From contig NC_068987.1 of assembly GCF_001194135.2 (NCBI RefSeq), forward strand, positions 36,833,830 to 36,867,735: a stretch of 33,906 nucleotides of DNA, read 5' to 3'. A program made the translations under genes and the position numbers. Origin of the DNA: Octopus bimaculoides (lineage: Eukaryota). Under the pieces are notes generated by a model, which saw nothing but the letters and a program-made list of their open reading frames with translations, ran no database searches and had not been told where the DNA came from. The stretch's first letter is position 1. Each line of letters opens with the position of its first letter. Of this stretch, positions 10,419-22,160 are shown piece after piece.

Positions 10419-11128
10419 TAATACATACGAACATAAAATAAGGTAGTAATGGTACTAGAATACTATTTATCAAACTTTCTACATGCTACCACTTTCTATG
10501 TTGTTAAATCTATTGTGGATAGTTATATATGTTTGAATATATACATATATAGATATGTCACACAATGCATCACTTATTCAATTTATGTATCACTCTCTTT
10601 CTTTGTCTATCTGTCGCTTTATCTCTCTCCCTAACCACACATGGGCTCACATAACATAGGTTTCCATTCTGTGGAAACACCCCTCTTCACCTGCTCTCTA
10701 GACATACAAAGGCTCCGATTTCCAGTACCACGAGAACCAGAAATGAAATCAAAAGCGTGATCCTGAAGCAGCCATTTCTGCACGTGTCGTTCATGGACGT
10801 AAGGATAAGCGTTCCTTCCAAATTTTACGTCATATTTCCCCAAAATATTCAGACAGTGGATACTCAATACAATACAGGTTTAGTTTATCAGCTGATGAGG
10901 GGAAATAAGGAACTCAGAATAGTGGAAATCAGAGCCTCTCAGTTATAATATATTAAAGAATACTCAACATTTGTAGAGTCCTGTAATTTATCACTTTTGG
11001 TGAGTCAAGAGATTATATATATATATATATATAGATATGCAGGGCAGGGAATCATCAATTAGTAATAAAATTAATAATTCTGCCGGGTAGCTCAGTATGA
11101 AAAAAACCTTCTTCGGTAAATAATTTAT

Positions 11129-11486
11129 AATTATAAATATATAGGGATTGACAGTAACCTGCTTCTCCAACATACTGAGAATTCAGAAATAGCAGGCAAG
11201 GAACTACTGATTTCAAAACTACAAATTATTACTCCAGATTGATAGCGATATTTTTGATACACACAGAACAAAAAACAATAGAGAAGAGTAAAAAAACCTG
11301 CCTTTAGTTAATTTAGTACAATTGTTTCACAGTTAAGAGTACATAATACTGTGTGTATCAAAAATATCGCTATCAATCTGGAGTAATAATTTGTAGTTTT
11401 GAAATCAGTAGTTCCTTGACTGCTATTCCTGAATTCTCAGTATGTTGGAGAAGCAGGTTACTGTCAATCCCTATATATTTATAATT
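11129..11486. repeat. Near-perfect fold-back inverted repeat (138-bp arms, 82-bp spacer), probably an inverted PLE pseudo-LTR
   Basis: Arms 11129-11266 and 11349-11486 differ at 2 positions. The spacer carries the 3' half of a hammerhead on the minus strand. Confidence 0.9.
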
Positions 11487-11488
11487 TA

Positions 11489-11527
<39 letters not shown>

Positions 11528-11529
<2 letters not shown>

Positions 11530-11651
11530 CTGGCTTTTGGTAAATGAAGGTGTACAACACTGCTGCTCTCTTTTGAGTTTCCTACCTTGATATAGATTCA
11601 TCTGGGACCTAGGCTAGTAGGGGATCAAGTTGTTTCTTGAANNNNNNNNNN

Positions 11652-11696
<45 letters not shown>

Positions 11697-11808
11697 CTGG
11701 CTTTTGGTAAATGAAGGTGTACAACACTGCTGCTCTCTTTTGAGTTTCCTACCTTGATATAGATTCATCTGGGACCTAGGCTAGTAGGGGATCAAGTTGT
11801 TTCTTGAA
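11528..11808. other. Identical 114-bp direct duplication across a 10-N gap (likely unmerged contig overlap)
   Basis: 11528-11641 equals 11695-11808, and each copy is preceded by (TA)n. Confidence 0.85.
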
Positions 11809-13190
11809 AACATCCATCCCTACTCATTGAAGGTCCCTCAGATGTTTTGGCAAGACGTTAAACAGCTATGGGCCCTTGAATGCAAATCTATTGCAGTACA
11901 TGGTCCTCACTCTAGATGGGATAGCTGGGAGCTTTGGAACAGTGCGGTGGCGTCCAGTTTAGGTGCTGGTATAACTCTCGATACCAAAGTGTGGTGCCAG
12001 CCCCTCCAGGATCTTCCATACATATATCATTACATACCTCTCCTGTCTTCGTTCCAGGGAGTAAAGTGGTAGCTCTTTCAGTCTCTCCCAGTAGCTCAGC
12101 TGTTCCATTAATGTAATCTTTCTGGTGTAGCACTACTGAATTGTTTCAAGTTCTGCTATTAATTTGACACTGTAGGGTAACCACACTTGAGGGCAGTAGT
12201 CCAGACGGCTGAGTACAAATGTCCTCCATAGAACCAACATAGTTTCCTGCTCCCTTGTTTTGGTGGTTCTCAGAATCCACCCGACCATTGTCACCATCAT
12301 GGTAATGTGTACGTGAAACAGGCATCGTTTTGATATCAATCTCCATATAAGATGATAGCGGAATACTTGGAATTTATCTACATTAAATAACATGTTGCCT
12401 CAGTCCATTTATACATAGCATCTAGGTCTTTCTGTAGAAGATTGGCATCAGAAGTTTCCTTGACCGCTTGTACTGCCTTTGTGTCATTGGCATAGCTAGT
12501 AAGTGTGGCTGTCTGTGAAACTGTTGGCATGTCTGAAAGAGCTACCATGAACAGTAGCGGCCTCAATACAGTTCACTGAAGCACTCAACTCTCTATTACT
12601 GTCCCCTTGGAGAGTGTTACATTGGCTGTCACAGCCTGGCTTCTGTCTTTTAATTAATCGTGCAACAGCTCTTCCAGGTTTCCGACTATGCCGAGTCTCC
12701 GTAGCCTGTCACATATCATCTCATGCCTTTGCAAAATCAAGATGTATCACATCCACGTTTGAGCGATTCCTTAAGTGCTTCAACGTCAAGTCATAATGCT
12801 GCAAAAGCTGTATAAAGCTGCTTCTTTCTTATCGGAACCATACTGAGTGTTAGGGAGCAAGTCCTTAACTTCCACGAACTCAATCAGCTTCCTCTTGACA
12901 ATGCGTTCCATGATTTTGCTGAGATAGGAGGTTAGAGAGATGGGTCTATAATTTTTAGCACACGCTCTGTTACCTCCATTATGGATCGGACACATGCCTT
13001 CCTTTAACATTTTGGGAAGTCTAGCAGTTGCGAGGAAGCTCTGGAAGAGAATCGTTAGTGATCTTGCTAGAGCCCCTTTGCATTTCTTTAGGTTGACTGC
13101 TAGGAATCCATCAGGGCCCGTGGCTGAATTTTAGCTCAGTTCATCAATGGCTGGTATTATATCTGCTTCCTTTATTTTGACATTATCAAT
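11695..13190 (-). mobile_element. 5'-truncated CR1/L2-group LINE, RT pseudogene
   Basis: Minus-strand motifs SATGPDGF, KNYRPISLTSYLSKIMERIV, DVIHLDFAKA, LRPLLFMVALSDM, SYANDTK, SRLDYCPQVW, SLERRQERY...WKILEG, with stops and frameshifts. Confidence 0.9.
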
Positions 13191-13448
13191 AATCTTTCCT
13201 ACTCTAGGCACAAGGCCCGAAATTTTGGCGGAGGGGGCCAGTCGATTAGATCGACCCCAGTACGCATCTGGCACTTAATTTATCCACGCCCGAAAGGATG
13301 AAAGGCAAAGTCGACCTCGTGGATAAATTAAGTACCAGTTGCGTACTGGGGTCGATCTAATCGACTGACCCAATCCGCCAAAATTTCTGGCCTTGTGCCT
13401 AAAGTAGGAAAGTTTATTGATAATGTCAAAATAAAGGAAGCAGATATA
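13158..13448. repeat. Fold-back inverted duplication (131-bp arms, 29-bp spacer)
   Basis: 13158-13288 versus 13318-13448 are 123/131 identical by hand comparison. Confidence 0.95.
13188..13319 (-). mobile_element. 3' half of SINE family B, fused to the LINE 5' truncation point
   Basis: cgaggtcgactttgcctttcatcctttcggg...ggggtcgatctaatcgac...ccttgtgcctagagtaggaaagattatt matches the 21944-22160 copy. Confidence 0.85.
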
Positions 13449-13529
13449 TATAATTACATACATACGCATGCACGCAAGCGCGCATGCATGTATGTATGTA
13501 TGTATGTATGTATGTATGCATGTATGTCA

Positions 13530-13890
13530 GATCGCGCTCGGGTGCTACTTGTAACATGTAACCCAATACAACCTGTTGCATGGTCGGATCGTCTGCGACT
13601 AAACTAGCAACCTCATCAAGCTGGCTTGGTGTGGAAGGTGATTGCTGGACATCCTGTGGGACAATGAATGGACGGAAAAGATCGTGGGCAGTCAACGGCC
13701 ATCCAACGTGTACATGCGTATGTATGTATCCGCAGAGACGTGGAAATACCTGAATTGGTGTCCAGACTCGCGGTTGGCCCACTGGGAGTGGGAGGCCCCT
13801 CTGTTTTTGTCACAACATCTCCCTAGGAGAGAGGAAACTCTGAGTGAAAACCTGCGACACTGACAATTCGATGATGTAGACTAATTCTTC
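13530..13890 (+). mobile_element. Possible RTE-type LINE 5' UTR fragment
   Basis: GC-richer block with ctaggagagaggaaactctga...aaaacc, resembling RTE 5' UTR motifs. No ORF follows. Confidence 0.3.
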
Positions 13891-14880
13891 TTTTCGAATA
13901 TATGTTTTCCCATGTTCAGAGAGTGGGGTTGGATTGTGCAAATTCTATCCCTACTATAAAAAAGGCATCGCTTGAAAAAAAAAGAAGGAAGACCTATTAC
14001 AAAAATGGCTGGTCGTAGCCTTCCCATGCGTAGGACTTTCGTTCAGGCGATGTCAATACTAGAACACGAGTTTTCAGCTATCATGTATGTATACATATTC
14101 GTCAATGAAAAAGATAATCTGATTTTCACAATTTTACTACATCACAGATTACAATAACACAAGAACTTTTATTATCAATTTTTCCTTTAAATACCAAGCA
14201 GCAGTTTCCAACTAGTTGATTCTTTCGAACAGTGTTTTAATCAACCAGCGTGCGGTTGAGATACCACGGTTTGGTAGCGCGTCTACCCAGTAGACATCAA
14301 CAACGCTTATTCATAGAAAAATTTTAATCATTATTCATTTAAATGTAATTTTACTAAAGGAAAAAATAACTATATGCATTTTAAAAGTAATATTAATATA
14401 ATAACAGTAATATTAAGTTCATTTAAAATTATTTGAGGCAAGAATATTGTTAATAATATCAGATGTTTTTCAACCTCGAAATGTTTCTGAATCCTTTACA
14501 GATGCCTTTGACTGATTGCGATGTTCATATGAATAAGTGCAGTCAATGTCAGCTGTGTTGGCGTATTTAGGAAACCGTGACGGCTAAGCCACACGTTGAT
14601 TGACTGAAATACTGTTCATAAGATTCAGGATACTGCAGCCTGGCGGAATGTATTTAGTGAAAAAATCCAGTCATTTGACTACAGTTGTCACTTTTGAATC
14701 CCAACTGTCGGTAAATAATGAAATTAGAGAAACCTGAAGATTACGGAAAGCGTGAAAGTACTTGATTGTTATTGTAATGTTGTAAAATAGTAAAGAAAGG
14801 ATATAAAAATAAAACGTAAAAATCAGACAATGCTGGAATTTTATTGACAAGTATATTTATCTGTACATCAGTACATATGT

Positions 14881-14904
14881 AGACAGACAGACAGACAGAC
14901 AGAC

Positions 14905-14982
<78 letters not shown>
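14881..14982. repeat. Compound (GACA)n(GATA)n microsatellite
   Basis: Direct. Confidence 0.97.
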
Positions 14983-14984
<2 letters not shown>

Positions 14985-15663
14985 GCATAAATTTCTAAAT
15001 ATATAGAGAAGTAATTATATATATANNNNNNNNNNNNNNNNNNNNNNNNNNNNNNNNNNNNNNNNNNNNNNNNNNNNNNNNNNNNNNNNNNNNNNNNNNN
15101 NNNNNNNNNNNNNNNNNNNNNNNNNNNNNNNNNNNNNNNNNNNNNNNNNNNNNNNNNNNNNNNNNNNNNNNNNNNNNNNNNNNNNNNNNNNNNNNNNNNN
15201 NNNNNNNNNNNNNNNNNNNNNNNNNNNNNNNNNNNNNNNNNNNNNNNNNNNNNNNNNNNNNNNNNNNNNNNNNNNNNNNNNNNNNNNNNNNNNNNNNNNN
15301 NNNNNNNNNNNNNNNNNNNNNNNNNNNNNNNNNNNNNNNNNNNNNNNNNNNNNNNNNNNNNNNNNNNNNNNNNNNNNNNNNNNNNNNNNNNNNNNNNNNN
15401 NNNNNNNNNNNNNNNNNNNNNNNNNNNNNNNNNNNNNNNNNNNNNNNNNNNNNNNNNNNNNNNNNNNNNNNNNNNNNNNNNNNNNNNNNNNNNNNNNNNN
15501 NNNNNNNNNNNNNNNNNNNNNNNNNNNNNNNNNNNNNNNNNNNNNNNNNNNNNNNNNNNNNNNNNTGTGTGTGTGTGTGTATATATACGTGTTTCAATAT
15601 GTATGTATATACATAGAAATATATATGTATGCATGTATGTATGTATGTACGTGTGTATGTATG

Positions 15664-15699
<36 letters not shown>

Positions 15700-17633
15700 T
15701 ATTTACCTGTATATTAATGTATATGCATACACAGAGATATATTGTTAGACTAAGGAAGTAAAAGTTTGAGTTATGGTTTACAAGAATGAAATCAAAAGAC
15801 ATGGTTTAACTGAGAGAGAGAAAATACAAGGGGAAAAGATGGAAGCCAGCGGCGATGGAGATTTTTATGAAATAGATAAACAAGATAAAATGAAGATAAA
15901 AAAAAGCAGTATGGCGACAAAATATATAAATAGATAACAAGTATGTTGAATTCTCCTTGTATAGAAAATCAGTAATACAGATTTTGTAAACAAAGTGTGC
16001 CCGCGTTATAAAAATACAGAACACGCATACATATACACACACATGTACACATATGCGCATACACTGTTATGTGCGTATTAGACTGCATATACATGCCCGC
16101 TTTTACGTACAAGGCTTCTTGAGAGAAATTTTGACATCCATTCAGAATATCTGCAGGCCAGTAGAATAAGATTTATCTTTGTAAACAACCAGATATAAGT
16201 TCATATAACCTTCTGAATGCATTCTCTCTACTGTGAGGAGAAAAACAATTTAATATTTCTATCATATCATAGGCATATTTCTACGAGTACATGTGTGTGT
16301 GTGTACGTGCGTGTTTGCATTCTTTGTATGTGTTTGCTGCGTTCATCGACTAGCACGATTAGGAAACCAACAATTTAACAATGAACTCAATACAGTAGAA
16401 ATATAGAGTGTACAGTTATGATTTATCGCAATATCACATAGATCACATAAAAACTTATTTTGTGCAATCATATTTGTACACCAAAAAATAAAAGAATATT
16501 AAAAGCAACAAAATATATATAATGAGGGTGAAAAGAAGTAATCGATGTGAATAGGATGAGGGAAAAAGCGAAGGAGTAAAATAAAATGAAGAAGAAAAAG
16601 AAGACAAAGAAAGAAATGTGTAGAAGAGAAAAAAATGTGATATGTTTAGAAAGTATTTAAAAAATCAACTAAATTAGTTTATACATTTCTGACGAATCAA
16701 ATTATGCTATTGTCTAAATATACATATTCGATTTTTGGTTCAATATCAGACATTGTAGGTGAATTATTTAACACATTTAGAAGTTGTTTCTTTGAAGAAA
16801 ACATTTTAATACACTTGAATTAATAATTTAAAGACTACATTTTGTCCTTTTACATTGAGTTGAGAAAAGCTCACAATTTTGATCTAATTAACACACTACG
16901 TTCAAGAAGAGGTTTTCTCAAAGTTGTATCCATAATCATTTCTATATAACTCAATTCATAGAGTACAAAAAGTCCTTTCAGGCTTGAATTAAGATAATAT
17001 AGATTGAATTAAAAATATAAAGTCTATGAATTGATATTTCTTAAAGAATCAAAAATCAAATTAATATGTTCCAAGGAATCAGATTAGAATTATTTAAGAG
17101 CAACAGTTATTTAATTCCTCAACAAAAATTACTCCGTGTTCAATCATATGAGTTATACTGGAGTTTGAAAAACAATAACGTTTTGCTAATTAAAACGGTT
17201 AATATATATGACAAATAAATGAAAATTTGGAGGTAAACTAATTACTGCTATACACTCCTTCTTGTTATACATTAGTTTCTAAACTTTAAAATTGATGTGC
17301 GTGTGTGAGTGTGTGTGTGTGTGTGTATGTGTGTATGTGTGCGTGTGTGTGTATGTGTGCTTGCACTATTCTTAAAAAATGCACAAAGCGTATAAATATA
17401 TGAAGTGTAGCACATTATAGTATATCTTAATCTCTAAAAATATATGCATATACCAAGCCCAAACTAATTTCAATGCCATATTCACACGCTTCTGATAGTT
17501 CAACACAATCTCAAATTCTAAAGATAGTTTTCACCTCACTACGAAATATATTCTAATTGCATTTTCTAGTATTCGCTACATTTCTCTAGTCCTTTATACT
17601 CTGTTTCTCTTGAGCTGTAATTTCTTACACATG

Positions 17634-17672
<39 letters not shown>

Positions 17673-17934
17673 TCTCACACATTCCCAAAGTTTACAATAG
17701 CATACGCACACACAAACATGAGCACGCGAACGAGTTGTCTTTACCACTAGGAAAATATTTGAATCTGATTTCTTTCATATGCAGTTAGAGTTCGTTTCTG
17801 ATTTACCTCAAAGGTATGTACCTGCGCGCAGACATGTATACAGGTACACCCTTATAATCATTAAAATTTATTAAATCTTAAATCATACGTTCAAATTATT
17901 TATTAATTGTTATAATGTGTCTATTTAATATTTA

Positions 17935-18132
17935 GTAGACGTGCCATTTGCATTTTTCAATGCAAGGAATGTTACTGATCAGATAAATATTCTTTGGCAA
18001 AATTTCTTGCCAAATTTCATGCAGTAATCTCAGAAGATTTGGCTTTGAAGATGCTTTCTTGTTCTTTTTATGAAGTGTTCTGTCCATTGTGTCCCAGAGG
18101 GGCTCAATGGGGTTTGTATCTGATGACTGGCT
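17935..18132 (-). pseudogene. Tc1-like transposase C-terminal remnant
   Basis: PSQSSDTNPIEPLWDTMDRTLH...LLHEIWQEI matches the Tc1 WPxQSPDLNPIExLW motif region. Confidence 0.8.
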
Positions 18133-18541
18133 TGGTGTTGTTGTGTATTTATAATAAAATGAATATATACAAATTATAAAAATAATTTTTAAAAGTATAC
18201 CGTACAGTATTGTTTCTACTTCGCGGATTATCACCTGTCGCAGGGGTTTTGGGAACGTAGCANNNNNNNNNNNNNNNNNNNNNNNNNNNNNNNNNNNNNN
18301 NNNNNNNNNNNNNNNNNNNNNNNNNNNNNNNNNNNNNNNNNNNNNNNNNNNNNNNNNNNNNNNNNNNNNNNNNNNNNNNNNNNNNNNNNNNNNNNNNNNN
18401 NNNNNNNNNNNNNNNNNNNNNNNNNNNNNNNNNNNNNNNNNNNNNNNNNNNNNNNNNNNNNNNNNNNNNNNNNNNNNNNNNNNNNNNNNNNNNNNNNCAT
18501 ATGTATATATCTATATTCATATATATATAAAGATACATATG

Positions 18542-18777
18542 CAGTAATTCATCGCAATATCGTGGTTCAGCTATCGCGGCTCACCTATCGCGGTTTATTA
18601 TTTAAGCTTACGTCAATTCCTCCGTGGTGTTGTTGTGTATTTATAATAAAATGAATATATACAAATTATAAAAATAATTTTTAAAAGTATACCGTACAGT
18701 ATTGTTTCTACTTCGCGGATTATCACCTGTCGCAGGGGTTTTGGGAACGTAGCACCCTCATAGTCGAGGGATTACTG
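18542..18777. mobile_element. pogo/Tigger-type MITE
   Basis: Ends cagtaattcatcgcaatatcgtgg and tagtcgagggattactg|TA form CAGTAA-type TIRs. Confidence 0.8.
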
Positions 18778-18804
18778 TATATATATATGTTGGGGGCATG
18801 TGTG

Positions 18805-19160
18805 TGTGTGTATACTTTATTAAAAGCAGCAAAAATATCGCAAAAACTGTTACCCAGAGTTTCACGTTCCCGTTGGTCAGACAGTTTTGTTTAGAATGGA
18901 ACACAAATAAGGTTATATGCAAAAAATGCAATTAGTTTGATAGATGCACATTTGAAAATGACTTTGTTTCAGTGGTCCTTTCAGCTAACGGCCTTTTCAA
19001 TAACCGGTTGCATGCAATAACAAATTGTGGTATAAAATCTTATAAAAATCGGAGAAAACCTTTAAATCAAAAATAGCTTATAAAGAAGGACAAGGCCTGA
19101 ATACCCAGGGTAAATAATTAACTGTAAAATATTAATCAATTAATAAATTAATATATATAT
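18805..19160 (-). mobile_element. PLE pseudo-LTR-like remnant ending in hammerhead plus AATAAA
   Basis: The minus strand has a hammerhead (18843-18888) followed about 20 nt later by aataaag, then (CA)n. Confidence 0.55.
18843..18888 (-). ncRNA. Type I hammerhead ribozyme motif (one core substitution)
   Basis: aaaactgt CTGACCA acg-ggaa-cgt GAAAC tctgg GTA acagtttt: perfect 8-bp stem I, GNRA-capped stem II, G8 replaced by C. Confidence 0.75.
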
Positions 19161-19383
19161 TCGTTTAAAGATTTTTCACGCTAGATTACATATACATTTA
19201 GCAGTATATACACATACCAAACCATCTATATTATGCATATATACACTAAACATACGGACGCAGGTACATGGCTACATACATATACAGACATATACAGGCA
19301 AGACATAAATATATGTACAAATGCATATATATGTATGCTCGAACACACGCTTGCGCACAAAATCCCCTGGCGTATGCTTATAC

Positions 19384-19830
19384 AAGTTAGTTTTTACAGG
19401 CGAAAGAAGAGAAAGAAAAGATAAGATTTTCATCCTGTTCCGGGATAAAAATGCTTTGAACCAGAGGCGCGAGCTCTTAAATTCCTGGAGGCACGCCGCG
19501 AAGTTTAAAATATCAACCGATAATATACGGTATGGGTAAAATGTTTTGACTTTCGGAAAATCTTGACTGCCGCATTTGAATTTGACTTGATACGTTATAG
19601 TAATTTTGCATTGCAATGCTAGTGCATATTTCGACTTCACTTTTAAGAAAGCTTTCGACTGTTTTACACATTTAAGCTTAAGCTTCGCCGGAGTTTATTT
19701 TTATTGTTTATTTTTATTTATATTGTTTACACACATATTTAATTATGTTATATCAAATTAATGTGCAATTTCCTTATTTTAACATTTTATTATTATATAC
19801 ACCAGACAGTTTTTTAAATTGTTTGCGTAC
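19384..19830 (+). mobile_element. 3' end of a Penelope-like element ORF plus AT-rich 3' region
   Basis: ERKDKIFILFRDKNALNQRRELLNSWRHAAKFKIS resembles the PLE C-terminal EKxxIL...LNxRxEL...CRHxxKF motif. Confidence 0.6.
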
Positions 19831-20455
19831 ACACGTTATGATATATATATATTTATCTTGATGTAAAGGTATCTCTATATATATTTATGTGCATTTATGT
19901 ATTGTGGGTATGTATTTGTATGTGTGTGCGCGTATATATGTATGTGTATATATATATTTATATACATATACATATATATANNNNNNNNNNNNNNNNNNNN
20001 NNNNNNNNNNNNNNNNNNNNNNNNNNNNNNNNNNNNNNNNNNNNNNNNNNNNNNNNNNNNNNNNNNNNNNNNNNNNNNNNNNNNNNNNNNNNNNNNNNNN
20101 NNNNNNNNNNNNNNNNNNNNNNNNNNNNNNNNNNNNNNNNNNNNNNNNNNNNNNNNNNNNNNNNNNNNNNNNNNNNNNNNNNNNNNNNNNNNNNNNNNNN
20201 NNNNNNNNNNNNNNNNNNNNNNNNNNNNNNNNNNNNNNNNNNNNNNNNNNNNNNNNNNNNNNNNNNNNNNNNNNNNNNNNNNNNNNNNNNNNNNNNNNNN
20301 NNNNNNNNNNNNNNNNNNNNNNNNNNNNNNNNNNNNNNNNNNNNNNNNNNNNNNNNNNNNNNNNNNNNNNNNNNNNNNNNNNNNNNNNNNNNNNNNNNNN
20401 NNNNNNNNNNNNNNNNNNNNNNNNNNNNNNNNNNNNNNNNNNNNNNNNNNNNNGC

Positions 20456-20495
<40 letters not shown>

Positions 20496-20972
20496 TTGTG
20501 TGTGTGTGCGAGCGTACGCGTGTGTGTGTATATGCATAAAAATCTACAATTAAGTACCACGAACACTGGAAACTCTCCATACTGAAGTGAAAAACCAAGT
20601 TAATAAAGCAAAACATTGAAGCTAAAACAAAACAGTATCTGAGTAATTTAAAATAGCTTTGACACACACCATCCCTGATCATTGTGTAACATCCCTACTT
20701 TCCAACTAGTTTATCAGCTAGAAAATTTCCAAGTCAGGCAAGACGAAATTACTATATACATGTGTGTTTATGGGTGTATAGTGCGCGCGCACAATGAACG
20801 AACAATTAAATAGAATAATTAAAAAGTTAAAAGCACATTAAAAGTAGAAATATCAAAACAGGAAGATTTATATTGAAAAATATCGTAAAATAATATACAA
20901 CAAAAAATACCAATTAAAAAGCAAATCATAATAATAATAATAGATGAAAGAATCATCGAATTAATAGACATA

Positions 20973-21014
20973 CAGGCATAGATGTGGCTTTGTGGTAAGA
21001 AGCTTGCCTCCACA
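20973..21014 (+). mobile_element. Isolated 5' head of SINE family A
   Basis: caggcatagatgtggctttgtggtaagaagcttgcctcc matches the head of the 28213 copy. Confidence 0.6.
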
Positions 21015-21027
21015 TAGCTTCGCCTTC

Positions 21028-21182
21028 AGTCGGCTCAGCGGTTGGAGCGTCGAACTTACGACCGTGAGGTTGTGAGTTCGAATTCCGGACCGGGCCGTGC
21101 GTTGTGTTCTTGAGCAAGCCACTTAATTTCACGTTACTCCAGTTCACTCAGCTGCGGAAATGAGTTGCGACGTCACAGGTGC
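21028..21182 (+). mobile_element. tRNA-derived SINE with CORE-like central domain, 3' truncated
   Basis: A box ggctcagcggtt, B box gagttcgaattcc, then ttgagcaagccacttaa...ctccagttcactcagctg...aaatgag. Confidence 0.7.
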
Positions 21183-21943
21183 AGTTTGTTCCACAACAGC
21201 TCCAAGCATTCAGCCGTCCGAGAGTGATTGGGCTTTTCTGTATCCCGAATATGATTTTACACTGGATTAAAACCAAACGTAGAGATCTTTTCTCTAATTG
21301 TAACTTCCCAAATAAGTAATCCTGCCTTTCACTCTTAAAAACGTTAGAGGATTCTTTGTTACCTCAACAATCATTAGCACGATAGAAGAAAAGAATGCAG
21401 ATATTTTTTTCAGTAATCATACATTATGGAATAAATTCAACTTACGATGAAAGTAAACAAAGTTTGCTTTATAATATAAGATTTCTAGTCTTTTACTCGC
21501 CCAAACGTTAATTGTTTCCTTCTTACTTGAGCAACATTTTGCACTGTGAAAAGAAAAATTAAGAAATAATTTGCTCGGTAACTGTACAGTTGCAAATAAG
21601 ATGTGAAATTTCTAGAATAACAAATGTCACAGTATTTTATGTTTCCAGTGTAAGATTATGGTCTACACGATGACAAAAAATATGTTTATTTGCTGAATAA
21701 TGATACTATTGCAAATTAAGTTTGCAATCTCTCAACCGTACAGAGTTTGCACGGTTTCTTGATTCCAGAGTAAGATTTAGGTCTACATTAGAAAAGCGGT
21801 TAGACAGTTTTTCAAAAGTTCACATTGACAAATGAAGTAGCTAAGCTTCCAGTCGAAGAAATGATGTAGGATTACTTTCCAGAGCAAGATTTTACTTTAA
21901 TTAATGCAATTTCAAAATTATATTTGCAAAATTATAATTTGCA

Positions 21944-22160
21944 AATATCTTTCTCACTATAGCCACAAGGCTTAAATTTTTAAACGGAAGAATTAGTTGG
22001 TTACATCGACCCCAATGCTCAACTAGTACTTATTTTATCGACCTCCATAGGGATGAAAGGTAAAGTCAACCTCGGTGGCATTTAAACTCAGAATGTAAAC
22101 AGCCGGAAGAGATACCACTAAGCATTTTGTCCGGCGTGCCAACGCTTCTGCCAGCTTGGT
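21944..22160 (-). mobile_element. Near full-length SINE family B
   Basis: Minus strand agctggcagaagcgttggcacgccggacaaaatgcttagtgg...ttctgagtttaaatgccaccgaggttgac...ggggtcgat...ccttgtggctatagtgagaaagatatt. Confidence 0.9.

Noticed and set aside
10892-10920. CTGATGA hammerhead-like box
   Set aside because: No stem II or downstream GAAAC. At most a truncated repeat remnant.
18959-18992. Minus-strand ctgaaag-gaccact-gaaac-aaa-gtc, hammerhead-like
   Set aside because: The core is not CUGANGA, and neither stem I nor stem II pairs.
18805-19830. Back-to-back PLE remnants as one element with an inverted pseudo-LTR
   Set aside because: I could find no shared sequence between the two halves, so they are treated as separate insertions.
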